In this document: in pieces, positions 29,069 through 38,303 of the stretch
How positions within the stretch are numbered: the stretch's first letter is position 1
Layout: every line of letters begins with the position of its first letter
Origin: Sphingobacteriaceae bacterium
GTDB lineage: Bacteria > Bacteroidota > Bacteroidia > Sphingobacteriales > Sphingobacteriaceae
DNA: 38,303 nt
Reading direction: 5' to 3'
NCBI GenBank assembly: GCA_031382725.1
Contig: JANMZB010000061.1
Coordinates: 1-38,303, forward strand
Notes under the pieces: model-generated
What the model was told of the DNA's origin: nothing
The model's database searches: none
The model's input: the letters and a program-made list of their open reading frames with translations, nothing else
Position numbers and translations under genes: made by a program

Positions 29069-29079
29069 ATGAACATTAA

Positions 29080-30150
29080 TTACATTACCATTAATCGCCA
29101 AACACCCGAAATGAGCATACATAAAAATGCTAACGGAGTTAAAACTTTCCAGCACAAATTCATTAATTGATCAACCCTTAAACGAGGTAGAGTCCAGCGA
29201 ATCCACATTTGAACGCCAACAATTAATAATACTTTAGTAACAATCCAGAATATTCCCCAAAACGGACCGGTAGTCCAGTTTGCAAGAGTAACCGAACCAA
29301 TATTAGGCAAGGGAGTATTCCATCCTCCCAAAAAGAGCAACACACCAAACATGCCGGTTAAAAACATCATTGAGTATTCGCCTAGAAATATAAAGGCAAA
29401 GCGGATTCCGGAATATTCGGTATGGAAGCCTGAAACCAATTCTGATTCTGCTTCGGGAATATCAAATGGTGCGCGGTTACATTCCGCCAAGGAAGCTATA
29501 AAATAAATTACAAAAGCGATGATTAAATGCGGAGCCTGAAATATGTTCCAGGCAAAAAAACCACCAACTTCCTTAACATTCCAAAACCCCAGAAACTTAA
29601 TATTTTCATTTGAAAGAATGCCTTGTTGAATAGCTATCTGCTGCAAATCCAAGGTCTGTGATATCATCACGACAGATATAATCGCAACTCCGGCGGGTAT
29701 CTCATAAGATACAACCTGCGCTACAGAACGCAAAGCTCCGAGTAATGAATATTTATTATTCGAGCCCCAGCCCGCCATCAGAATACCAACCGACTCTATC
29801 GAAACGATAGCGAACACGTAAAACACTCCTAAGTTTAATGCAGAAGGAACTAATCCGGGGCCCCAAGGCAGGGTGGCAAAGCCCATATACACGGAGAGGA
29901 AAATAATTACGGGAGCGGCGGCAAAGAGAATTTTATCGGCTGCAGCCGGAACAATAAACTCTTTTTGAAGCATTTTAAGGATATCAGCAAACGTTTGTAA
30001 ACTACCGAATTTACCTACTTCCATTGGCCCAAGTCTATCCTGGATAAAGGCAGAAACTTTACGCTCGGCATACACCGCAAAAAGCGCGAATACAGCTACG
30101 AAGGAGAATAATAAAACTGCGACGAAAAGATATGTGACGTAGAATTCCAA
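29080..30150 (-). CDS. nuoH: NADH-quinone oxidoreductase subunit H
   Basis: [36 protein letters not shown]. Start is probably the TTG at 30150. Confidence 0.95.
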   Translation of the reverse strand: MEFYVTYLFVAVLLFSFVAVFALFAVYAERKVSAFIQDRLGPMEVGKFGSLQTFADILKMLQKEFIVPAAADKILFAAAPVIIFLSVYMGFATLPWGPGLVPSALNLGVFYVFAIVSIESVGILMAGWGSNNKYSLLGALRSVAQVVSYEIPAGVAIISVVMISQTLDLQQIAIQQGILSNENIKFLGFWNVKEVGGFFAWNIFQAPHLIIAFVIYFIASLAECNRAPFDIPEAESELVSGFHTEYSGIRFAFIFLGEYSMMFLTGMFGVLLFLGGWNTPLPNIGSVTLANWTTGPFWGIFWIVTKVLLIVGVQMWIRWTLPRLRVDQLMNLCWKVLTPLAFLCMLISGVWRLMVM

Positions 30151-30167
30151 TGTTTGTCTGCCAGCCG

Positions 30168-30175
30168 CAAACTTA
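30168..30175 (-). promoter_or_regulatory. -7 promoter element of nuoH-N
   Basis: TAAGTTTG on the minus strand, 17 bp before the TTG start and downstream of the skp terminator. Confidence 0.6.
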
Positions 30176-30221
30176 AACAATACAAAGGATATTTTCTGAC
30201 CCAGGCTTAAGAATAGCCCTG

Positions 30222-30257
30222 AAAACAAAAAGGGAGGCAATAGTGAATCACCTCCCC
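30222..30257 (-). terminator. Intrinsic terminator after skp
   Basis: Minus strand GGGAGGTGAT-TCACT-ATTGCCTCCC followed by TTTTTGTTTT. Confidence 0.85.
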
Positions 30258-30274
30258 TTAAATATGATTTAAAT

Positions 30275-30838
30275 TTACTTCTTAGCTGCCGTAGTAGGTG
30301 CGCTTGCCGCAATTCCCAACTTAGCTTTCACTAAAGCAAGGATATCATCGCCACCATCAAAAAATACTACACCTGGTTGAGATACATCAAACACGTAAGC
30401 ATAGCCCTTTTCTTTAGCAACTGCATTTACGGCATCACCTGCTTTTTTGAAAATAGGCTGGTAAAGCTCATCTTGCTTTGCTGCCATTTCCTGCTTAGCT
30501 TTTTCACCACTATCATTAATTCGTTTGCCAAGTTCCTGAAGTTCTTTTCCCATTGTTTCAAGCTCTTTTCCAACAGTGGCTTTATTTGCCTCGCTCAAGG
30601 TTTTTTCTTTTTCCTGAGCTACTGCTAATTTTTTTTGATATTCAGTTTGCATTAACTCAATCTCACTTTGCTTTTGCTTTTGGAAAGTTTGAAATTTTGC
30701 ATCTGCCTGTTTTACATCGGGCATAACTTCTAATAATTGCGCAGAATTAAGGTGTGCGAATTTCTGCTGGGCATTTACAGCACTGCCGGTAAAAAATAAA
30801 CCTGCTGCTATTACTGCTACTTTAACGAATGTTTTCAT
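30275..30838 (-). CDS. skp: OmpH/Skp periplasmic chaperone
   Basis: Signal peptide, KFAHLN, long coiled coil, GYAYVFD; downstream of bamA. Confidence 0.9.
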   Translation of the reverse strand: MKTFVKVAVIAAGLFFTGSAVNAQQKFAHLNSAQLLEVMPDVKQADAKFQTFQKQKQSEIELMQTEYQKKLAVAQEKEKTLSEANKATVGKELETMGKELQELGKRINDSGEKAKQEMAAKQDELYQPIFKKAGDAVNAVAKEKGYAYVFDVSQPGVVFFDGGDDILALVKAKLGIAASAPTTAAKK

Positions 30839-30865
30839 TTTAATTTAATTGTTGATTATCCTTTT

Positions 30866-31417
30866 CTATTTTGTCTTTGACGGTGTTCCCGTTGCCAGTG
30901 TTCCCGGCTTATATCCTAAGCGGGTTATTACATCATTACTTTTATCTAAACGTAAACTTGCATACAAGAGTATAAGGTCGCTGTTTTTGTCAAAAATCAT
31001 ATCAAGCTGACTGGTTTGGGCTACCGCTTCAACTGCCTTTGAAACCTTGTCCTGTATAGGTTTGATTAATTTAATACGTTGCTGATATAGTTCGCCTTCA
31101 AATCCGAACTTAGTACGTTGATATTCTTTAGCAGCTTTTTCTTTTTCTAAAATTTCGTTTTCACGACGCTTGCGCATATCTCCAGTCAGTAAAACCTGAT
31201 CTCCCTGGTAAGTTTTGTATAAGCGTTCGATTTCACCCATACGGTTATCAACTTCTTTTTGCCATTGTTGCGATAAGGCATCCAACTGCTTTTGCGACGA
31301 ATTGTATTCGGGTATATGCTTTAAGATATACTCGGTATCTACATAAGCAAAACGCTGTGCATAGGTGGATACCGATGCAAATAACATGAATGATAATAAA
31401 AAGGTTAGTTTTTTCAT
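30866..31417 (-). CDS. skp: OmpH/Skp periplasmic chaperone (Omp17-like)
   Basis: QRFAYVDTEYIL, FGFEGEL, LIKPIQD. Confidence 0.9.
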   Translation of the reverse strand: MKKLTFLLSFMLFASVSTYAQRFAYVDTEYILKHIPEYNSSQKQLDALSQQWQKEVDNRMGEIERLYKTYQGDQVLLTGDMRKRRENEILEKEKAAKEYQRTKFGFEGELYQQRIKLIKPIQDKVSKAVEAVAQTSQLDMIFDKNSDLILLYASLRLDKSNDVITRLGYKPGTLATGTPSKTK

Positions 31418-31494
31418 TGCAGTAAAATTAAGTGTGTGTGTTTATAATTAACGATCTAATATGGTTAAAAATATTTTGTCGTAAAAATTAAAAC

Positions 31495-34056
31495 TTAAAA
31501 CCCACCATTTAATTGCTGTGCTATACTGAAGTGAAACTGCCCCTTACTCGATTGGATTCCGGGAATGGGATCAAAACCATAACCATAATCAATACCTAAT
31601 AAACCAAATATTGGTAAGAATATTCTGGCACCAACACCAACAGAACGGTGAACGTTAAACGGACTAAAGTCTTTAAAACTATTCCAGGTATTACCCCCTT
31701 CTGCAAAGGTCAATAGAAATAATGTAGCCTGATCGCTATTTAATACAGGATACCTCAACTCCATAATATATTTATTAAAGATCGGACTTCCAGACGTACG
31801 TGCAATATTAGGATCCGAACCTTCAGGTATTACACTGTTGTTTTCATATCCACGCATGGCTATAACTTCAGAACCTTGCAAAAAGTCAAAGCCCTGCATT
31901 CCATCACCACCTAATTTAAAACGCTCGAACGTTGAACGCTTTGCGTTACTATTAAATCTTCCTAAAAACCCGAATTGAGCTTGAGTCTTTAAAACCAACT
32001 TTCCATAAATACGCTGATACCATTGCGACTCAAATTTCCATTTATGATACTCTGTAAATTTGTTACGTTGTACATCGGTAGCAGTTGGATAATTTATATT
32101 GTTAAATAAGGAATAAGGAGGCGTTGCCTGAATCGTTAACCGGATATGAGAACCAGCTGTAGGATAAATTGGCGCATCAACCGAATTCCGACTTATTTCC
32201 TGAGTTAAGTTAGTATTGTAAGCAGTACCTGTTGAGAAGTCAAATCCCCGATAATTCTGCAATTTGTATTGCTGAAGGTTGATCGAGTGATTAATTCTGA
32301 AGTAATCATCAGGCCATTTTAAACGTCGCCCTAAACTGAAGGTTATACCGTTTAAACGGATGCGTGAGATCAAATCGTCTGTTGCTTCAATACCTCTGAA
32401 ACGAAATTGATCCTGATTTGATGATAATGAAGTAAACGCACTAATTCCAAAATAGATTGGCTTTTTGCCGCCTAACCATGGTTCTGAAAAAGAAAAGCTA
32501 TACGACTGATAAGATTTTCCGTTCGTCTGACCTCGTATACTCAATTTCTGTCCATCACCTTTAGGCAGTGGTCTCCATTGCTTAATATTAAAAAGATTTT
32601 TTGTAGAGAAATTATTGAAGGTTAGACCTAAAGTTCCAATTATCCTTCCTCCGCCAAAACCACCGGAAAGTTCTATTTGATCTGAGGGTCGCTCAGCCAC
32701 ACTATATTCAATATCAACCGTCCCATCAGCAGGATTTGGAGTAGGGTTTACGCCTGTTTTTTTCTCATCAAAATTACCAAGTGCCGCGATTTCCCGTGTT
32801 GTACGTACTACTGCCTCTTTATTAAACTTATCGCCAGGTTTTGTACGGATTTCACGTAGAACCACTCTGTCATTAGTAATATCATTACCCTTTAAAGTAA
32901 CCTTATTAATTGTATAAAGCGGCCCCTCGTAAATACGCACTTCTAAATCAATCGTATCGCCATGAACCCGAGTTTGTACAGGATCTGCATTGAATGTGAG
33001 ATAGCCATTATTCAAATACAAGGAGGAAACGTCTGCACCGTTTGGACTTCCGTTTATTTTTTTCTGAAGCTTTTCCTCGCTAAAAACATCGCCTTTAGCA
33101 ATGGCAAGAATTTGATTTAAAGTGCTTGAGGAATAAACCGCATTTCCTGCGAATGAAACATTTCCAAAGTAATATCTCGGACCTTCGTGAATTTTCAAAG
33201 CAAGCTTGACTGTTCTATTTGGGTTCAGAATTAAGGTATCAGAAATAATCTCCGCATCCCGATAACCCTTTTCCTGCATTTTAGCGATAAGGCGAAGCTT
33301 ATCCTCATCGTATTTTGTCTCTATAAATTTTGCAGAACGGAAAACGTTAAGGGTAGATTTTTCCTTAGTTTTTTTGAAAAGCTTTTTAAGTTCCTTATCC
33401 TTAAACTTAGAATTACCCGAAAAATCGATATCGCTAATTTTGGTTTTTTCATTCTTATCAACCGTGATGGTTAAAACCACATCATTTGTAAGGGTTGTAT
33501 CACGTTTTTGATCGTACTTTATGTCTGTATATAGGTATCCTTTATCACTAAAATATTTTTTAATGATAGCGGTACTTGTGCTTAATAGGCCTTCGTTAAC
33601 AACTTTACCTTTTCGATCAGTTAATTTTTCAGAGATATCATCCCTCTGACCCTTTTTCAATCCCTTTAATTCTATTCGGGCTAAACGCGGGCGTTCTTTA
33701 ACATTGATATTAAAAAAGATACTGTCTTCACGGATATTGGTAATGCTAAGCTGAATATCGTCAAGTAAGCCTTGTGCCCATAAAAACTTTACAGCGTTGG
33801 CTGTAGCTTCGCCCGGAACTTCTATTCTTTCGCCTTTTGTTAACTTGGATATTTGAACCAGGATCTCTTTATCAAGATATTCTGTACCTGTAACCGTTGT
33901 TCCACCAATAACATATTCTTTTGGATTCAGGTAACTAACTTCATCAGAGCTGGTTGGTGCAGGACGGCGTTGTCCTGGCGATGCCGGGCGACCTATCTGA
34001 GCCATGGCAACAGTTCCAAATACAAGGAGGTATAATGTAATAAAAAGCTTGTTCAT
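31495..34056 (-). CDS. bamA: Outer membrane protein assembly factor BamA
   Basis: POTRA repeats, MRGY motif, C-terminal barrel ending FHFSIAQQLNGGF. Confidence 0.95.
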   Translation of the reverse strand: MNKLFITLYLLVFGTVAMAQIGRPASPGQRRPAPTSSDEVSYLNPKEYVIGGTTVTGTEYLDKEILVQISKLTKGERIEVPGEATANAVKFLWAQGLLDDIQLSITNIREDSIFFNINVKERPRLARIELKGLKKGQRDDISEKLTDRKGKVVNEGLLSTSTAIIKKYFSDKGYLYTDIKYDQKRDTTLTNDVVLTITVDKNEKTKISDIDFSGNSKFKDKELKKLFKKTKEKSTLNVFRSAKFIETKYDEDKLRLIAKMQEKGYRDAEIISDTLILNPNRTVKLALKIHEGPRYYFGNVSFAGNAVYSSSTLNQILAIAKGDVFSEEKLQKKINGSPNGADVSSLYLNNGYLTFNADPVQTRVHGDTIDLEVRIYEGPLYTINKVTLKGNDITNDRVVLREIRTKPGDKFNKEAVVRTTREIAALGNFDEKKTGVNPTPNPADGTVDIEYSVAERPSDQIELSGGFGGGRIIGTLGLTFNNFSTKNLFNIKQWRPLPKGDGQKLSIRGQTNGKSYQSYSFSFSEPWLGGKKPIYFGISAFTSLSSNQDQFRFRGIEATDDLISRIRLNGITFSLGRRLKWPDDYFRINHSINLQQYKLQNYRGFDFSTGTAYNTNLTQEISRNSVDAPIYPTAGSHIRLTIQATPPYSLFNNINYPTATDVQRNKFTEYHKWKFESQWYQRIYGKLVLKTQAQFGFLGRFNSNAKRSTFERFKLGGDGMQGFDFLQGSEVIAMRGYENNSVIPEGSDPNIARTSGSPIFNKYIMELRYPVLNSDQATLFLLTFAEGGNTWNSFKDFSPFNVHRSVGVGARIFLPIFGLLGIDYGYGFDPIPGIQSSKGQFHFSIAQQLNGGF

Positions 34057-34094
34057 TTAATTTTTATGTGGTGCTAAATTAGCGCAATGACTTG

Positions 34095-34856
34095 TTAATT
34101 TTTGTTAAAAGGTAAATTTTTAACCTGCTCACTCGTCATCCCGAAACGGCGTTCGCGATTTTGATAGTCCAATATAGCCGCGAATAAATCTTCCCGACGG
34201 AAATCCGGCCAAAGCTTATCTGTGAAATATAGTTCAGCGTAGGCAAGCTGATATAGAAGATAATTACTTATTCGGTGCTCGCCGCTGGTACGAATCATCA
34301 GCTCCGGATCGGGAATGCCAACTGTTGTAAGCTGACTTGCAAAAAGAGTTTCATCAATATCTTCAGGATTTAATAATCCTTCTTTAATCTGTTCCCCTAT
34401 CTTACGTGCTGCCTCCACAATCTCCCAACGGGAACTATAACTTAATGCCAGAGTTAAAGTGCAATTTGTATTACCTGAAGTTTTTTGGATAGCCTCTTGC
34501 AATTCTTTATAACACTTTGCCGGTAAGGCCTTTAGATTCCCGATAGCATTTAAACGTACACCATTTTCCATTAGTGTTTTGGTCTCCTTATTTATTGTCG
34601 ATACCAAAAGCTCCATTAATGCGGTAACTTCGAATTTCGGTCGGTTCCAATTTTCGGTAGAAAATGCATATAAAGTAAGATATGGAACACCAGCTTCAAC
34701 TGCCCCTTCAACAGTATCTCTTACAGATTTAACTCCGTTCTGGTGACCAAAAACACGTAGTTTACCTTTCTCTTTCGCCCAACGGCCGTTGCCATCCATA
34801 ATAACAGCTATATGCTGAGGCAACTTAGTTTTATCAATCTGCTGAAGTAAACTCAT
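34095..34856 (-). CDS. uppS: Undecaprenyl diphosphate synthase
   Basis: HIAVIMDGNGRWA, YAFSTENWNRP, RTSGEHRISNY, RRFG. Confidence 0.96.
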   Translation of the reverse strand: MSLLQQIDKTKLPQHIAVIMDGNGRWAKEKGKLRVFGHQNGVKSVRDTVEGAVEAGVPYLTLYAFSTENWNRPKFEVTALMELLVSTINKETKTLMENGVRLNAIGNLKALPAKCYKELQEAIQKTSGNTNCTLTLALSYSSRWEIVEAARKIGEQIKEGLLNPEDIDETLFASQLTTVGIPDPELMIRTSGEHRISNYLLYQLAYAELYFTDKLWPDFRREDLFAAILDYQNRERRFGMTSEQVKNLPFNKN

Positions 34857-34891
34857 CTTTATCAAGCCCAATAGGCTTTTGCGTTGGGGCT

Positions 34892-34899
34892 CAAAGGTA
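34892..34899 (-). promoter_or_regulatory. Internal -7 promoter element upstream of uppS
   Basis: TACCTTTG on the minus strand. Confidence 0.55.
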
Positions 34900-34959
34900 A
34901 GAAAATTAGCTAATTTGTATTAAGAGATAAATTAATAGAAAAGGCAGCCTGAAAGCCGA

Positions 34960-35784
34960 CTAATTATCTACAACGGGGCATTTATAGGTAAAGAAAGTAT
35001 AGGATATAGTAAAGCCTAAAAATAGATAAGTATCGTGCTTGCGGAAATCACCCCTTTGTGTCCCGTTTGAATGCTCTGTGATAGATCTGTCGGCAAGTGC
35101 TTGTCTTATTGACGCGTCAAATGTGTCTTTTGCAATTTCATCGGGCTGATAGGTTCTGCTAACATCATCCAGATAATCGGTATAAGCAGTACGGTAGCCA
35201 AGTTCTGCACCGAGCGTCCATTTACCGGAAAAATTATACTTAACGCCTGCTCCGTATGGAATGGTTAGAACAAGCTGCTTGTATGCACCTGCCTGACCCT
35301 CAGTTTTAAGGGCGGGAAGTTCGTAAACTATGTTACCAACTTTTGCCTTTGGGTTGAAAGAAACTACCCCGATACCTGCAAAAAGATAGGGAGAATATCT
35401 TCTTTTGCTAACCGATGGAATATAATTAAAGAAATTAAATTCGGTTTGGAGGCTTAACTCAGTGATGGGCGAAAAGAAACTCAGATTACGCGATTTATAA
35501 TACTCGTTTTTCAATTCCGCATCAGATCCCTGAATTTCACCATGCATCCCGTTTAATTTAATTGACCAATATCCGTCGAGATGTTTTTTAACATGACCGC
35601 CAAATGCAACTTTATTAAGATGAAACGGATTAATCGGATTTAAATCTCCCATATATCCCGCAGTACCTACAAAGCCACCCAATTCTAACGTTTGCGATTT
35701 TGACTGGCCTGGTAATAAGAAGCTTAGGGCAAGAAGAAATACAGAAAGATTTAGATTCAGAAATTTTTGACGCTTTGCGTTCAC
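34960..35784 (-). CDS. Outer-membrane beta-barrel, DUF6089/PorG-like
   Basis: GYMGDLN, IPYGAGVKY, YTDYLDD, DTYLFLG; sits upstream of uppS-bamA-skp-skp, as porG does in Porphyromonas. Confidence 0.75.
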   Translation of the reverse strand: MNAKRQKFLNLNLSVFLLALSFLLPGQSKSQTLELGGFVGTAGYMGDLNPINPFHLNKVAFGGHVKKHLDGYWSIKLNGMHGEIQGSDAELKNEYYKSRNLSFFSPITELSLQTEFNFFNYIPSVSKRRYSPYLFAGIGVVSFNPKAKVGNIVYELPALKTEGQAGAYKQLVLTIPYGAGVKYNFSGKWTLGAELGYRTAYTDYLDDVSRTYQPDEIAKDTFDASIRQALADRSITEHSNGTQRGDFRKHDTYLFLGFTISYTFFTYKCPVVDN

Positions 35785-35818
35785 CGATTCACTTGAATTT
35801 AATAAAAATGAAGCTTTT

Positions 35819-36700
35819 TTAATAATTACGCGTATCTATCCCCCAAAGCAACTTGTTCCTTAACGTAGATAAATAGCTTTCATTATTCAGACGAATAAGA
35901 TTAAATTGAAAGCTGGCCTTTTTAACACTGAATTTCAGCGATGAGTCAATCACTTCCGTTCTCGAATCACAGGAAAGAAGGTATTTCGCGCTGCGGCCTT
36001 CGAGTTGAAACGACAAAGTATTTGAATCTGAAATAATTACCGGGCGCACATTTAAATTATGAGGAGAAACCGGTGTAATTACAAAATTTTCTGATCCCGG
36101 AAATACAATCGGACCACCGCAACTAAGCGAATAAGCCGTAGAACCTGTTGCCGTAGCCACAATCAAACCATCAGCCCAATAAGAATTTAAAAATTCTCCG
36201 TTAAGGTAAGCGTGTATCAGCATCATCGCAGAATTATCACGTCGATGGATAATGATATCATTCAAAGCAAAATTCTCATCAGCAAAAACACCGTTTTCAG
36301 ATTCAATACTTATTAAATCGCGAGGATCAAGGGTGAATTGCTTGTTGACAAGGCGTTCTATTGCTGATAATATTTCGTCTTTATTAATGCTGGCTAAAAA
36401 ACCTAAGCGTCCAAAGTTGATCCCGATCACGGGGATACCGGAATCTCTTACCAAGGTAACCGTATCAAGAATAGTCCCATCGCCGCCAAGGCTAATTAAC
36501 ACGTCAACCTGACCTTTTATGTCGTTATAGTTTCTAAATATCTGAAGCTTTTTAGGAAAGAAAACTTTGCCGGCTATAAATTGACTGAACTTATCATACA
36601 AAAAAGGCTCAATCCCAAACTTGATTAAACAGTCGAAAACCTGCTGTACATACGGGAGTGCAGTATTGCTAAATTCCCTGCCGTAGATTGCAATCTTCAT
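35819..36700 (-). CDS. nadK: NAD kinase
   Basis: LGGDGT, GRLGFL, ALND, DGLIVATATGSTAYSLSCGGP. Confidence 0.96.
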   Translation of the reverse strand: MKIAIYGREFSNTALPYVQQVFDCLIKFGIEPFLYDKFSQFIAGKVFFPKKLQIFRNYNDIKGQVDVLISLGGDGTILDTVTLVRDSGIPVIGINFGRLGFLASINKDEILSAIERLVNKQFTLDPRDLISIESENGVFADENFALNDIIIHRRDNSAMMLIHAYLNGEFLNSYWADGLIVATATGSTAYSLSCGGPIVFPGSENFVITPVSPHNLNVRPVIISDSNTLSFQLEGRSAKYLLSCDSRTEVIDSSLKFSVKKASFQFNLIRLNNESYLSTLRNKLLWGIDTRNY

Positions 36701-36709
36701 TTTTCGAAA

Positions 36710-37372
36710 TTAGAAACTTAGATAGTTCATTAACTGATCATAGCGATCAGAAGATCCGGCATCTGCTTTGAGATCATTATAAGTTGCCACCACCGTATAA
36801 TCATACCTTAAAAAGGAAGCTACAATAGCTGACAAATCGTTGCGGTTAAGTTTCAACGTAACTTCCAGGCGGGTAGACTCAGGAAAAGAAGTAATATATG
36901 AACTCAATATTTGCGCATTGTTTGATTCAACAATTTGCGAGATATGAGATAGTGAGTTATCACGATTGTTTATTTCAATAACCAGAATGCCTCCCGGATC
37001 TTTCACTGAGGTCAGATCGGCAACGTATTCTACTATCGAATTTATTGATATCGAACCGAGGTAATTTTTGTTTTCATCAATAACAGGAACAAGACTAAGC
37101 CGCTTTTCGGCAAAAAGCCTGATCACATCGTAAATATGTTGTTCTTTAGTTACGCAAGCATTACTCACAGATAGCGTAACCGAACCCAAAGCAGAGGTAT
37201 AATCCTGAAGTTCAATAAGATCAGTATCGGAAACTACACCCAAGAGCTGAAGTTCATTTACTATTGGAAGATGGCTAACACGAAACTCTGACATCCGGTC
37301 AAGAACTGTCTGAAGTGTATCAGACGTTTTTAACGGAGGTATCACATCGGATATAAGTTGTTGTGCAACCAT
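36710..37372 (-). CDS. CBS-domain pair + ACT-like protein
   Basis: HLPIV...GVVSDTDL, LVPVID...GSIS; C-terminal SLSHISQIVESNNAQILS. Confidence 0.85.
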   Translation of the reverse strand: MVAQQLISDVIPPLKTSDTLQTVLDRMSEFRVSHLPIVNELQLLGVVSDTDLIELQDYTSALGSVTLSVSNACVTKEQHIYDVIRLFAEKRLSLVPVIDENKNYLGSISINSIVEYVADLTSVKDPGGILVIEINNRDNSLSHISQIVESNNAQILSSYITSFPESTRLEVTLKLNRNDLSAIVASFLRYDYTVVATYNDLKADAGSSDRYDQLMNYLSF

Positions 37373-37376
37373 ATTT

Positions 37377-38141
37377 CTATTTTAGTAGTACACGCTCTAA
37401 AAACTTTTTAAGATAAGCATTAAATTCTTGTGGTTGTTCCATCATTGGCGCATGTCCGCACTTATCTATCCAATTTAACTCCGAATTTGGTAAAATGTTG
37501 TGAAATTCTGTGGCAACATCCGGAGGTGTTACTGTATCATTCTAGCCCCAGATCAGGCAAACGGGTATTGTAATTTTATGGATTTCCTTAGACATGTTAT
37601 GTCTAATGGCTGATTTGGCCATTGCCAGAATTCGTATTACACGCCCTCTATCGTTAACGGTTGCAAACACTTCGTCGACTAATTCTTTTGTTGCAAACTC
37701 GGGGTCGTAAAAAGTAAGAGCTACCTTCTCCTTGATAAAATCATAGCTTTCTCTTCTCGGGAAGGTACCTCCAAAAGAGTTTTCATATAAACCCGAGCTT
37801 CCTGTTAAGATTAATGCTCTTACAAATTCGGGGTGACTTATTGTAAATATTAAGCCTACGTGTCCGCCTAATGAGTTACCGAGTAGGGTAACATTCTTCA
37901 GTTTCTTAAACTTTACAAACTTGTATAGAAATTTAGAAAGGCTGGTTACTCCGGTAGTAAGAAGCGGCAATTCATAAATAGGAAGTAACGGAATAATAAT
38001 TTTGTATTGCGATTTAAACTCGTTTGTAACATCTTCCCAATTACTTAAAGCTCCGAATAGACCGTGAAGGAGCAAAATAACATCGCCTTCACCTTCTTCT
38101 ATGTATTTATAACCGTTTTCTTCTTTTATAGTAAGAGCCAT
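37377..38141 (-). pseudogene. Alpha/beta hydrolase interrupted by an in-frame TAG at 37542-37544
   Basis: LLHGLFG, GNSLGG. After CLIWG-TAG the frame continues NDTVTPPDVA...DKCGHAPMMEQPQEFN...LLK* to 37377, carrying the catalytic Asp and His. Confidence 0.85.
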
Positions 38142-38226
38142 ATATCTAAACAGCTGTTTAGTTGATTTTAATAGTTTGATTTACAATAATGCTGTGCAAG
38201 ATAGCAAAGAACAATCACATTAATGA

Positions 38227-38303
38227 TTAGGAGAGTAATTGCTTAACAATTTCAGAAATCAATTTACCATCGGCTTTTCCGGCCAACTGTTTATTGGCTA
38301 AAC
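38227..38303 (-). CDS. C-terminus of a GatB/YqeY domain protein (partial)
   Basis: LANKQLAGKADGKLISEIVKQLLS* matches the YqeY C-terminal pattern. Confidence 0.75.
   Translation of the reverse strand, partial: LANKQLAGKADGKLISEIVKQLLS

Noticed and set aside
29080-30312. Extended N-termini of track ORFs (nuoH from 30312, nuoI from 29155; likewise WecA-like and M16)
   Set aside because: The extensions cross terminators, promoters or neighbouring genes, or precede signal peptides; downstream starts fit better.
2231-36512. Short antisense or nested ORFs in the track (for example 2678-3046, 5557-5892, 12686-13135, 15683-16135, 28228-28536)
   Set aside because: They lie within well-supported genes and show no motifs; shadow ORFs.
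1-38303. Genome-wide stop-codon reassignment (TGA=Trp or TAG=sense)
   Set aside because: TGA ends full-length genes here (CinA-domain, dCMP deaminase, purF, nuoM), TAG does too (TSUP, nuoN), Trp is otherwise TGG, and only one internal case of each stop was seen.

Overview
AT-rich bacterial chromosomal segment from Bacteroidota, probably Sphingobacteriaceae-like. This is inferred from TAnnTTTG promoters, largely SD-less A-rich start regions and the nadK-porG-uppS-bamA-skp-skp gene order. The right half is housekeeping: YqeY fragment, alpha/beta hydrolase, CBS protein, nadK, porG-like, uppS, bamA, two skp genes, nuoH-N and purF. The left half is mixed: M28 peptidase, an AraC/PhyH-dioxygenase/sugar-porter module, hscA, TSUP transporter, topoisomerase IB, WecA-like transferase, GH1, PfkB, a heterodimeric M16 pair, CinA, dCMP deaminase and FucP. 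The most unusual items are: (1) a stand-alone ~110-nt tRNA-like gene (minus, 4064-4176) with Asp-type anticodon and discriminator, a Leu-type D arm, a 40-nt variable domain, its own promoter and terminator, and a 3' trailer antisense to a typical translation-start region; (2) a pseudoknot/triplex-capable element after hscA; (3) two otherwise intact genes each interrupted by one in-frame stop. No CRISPR array, transposase, prophage or rRNA was seen.
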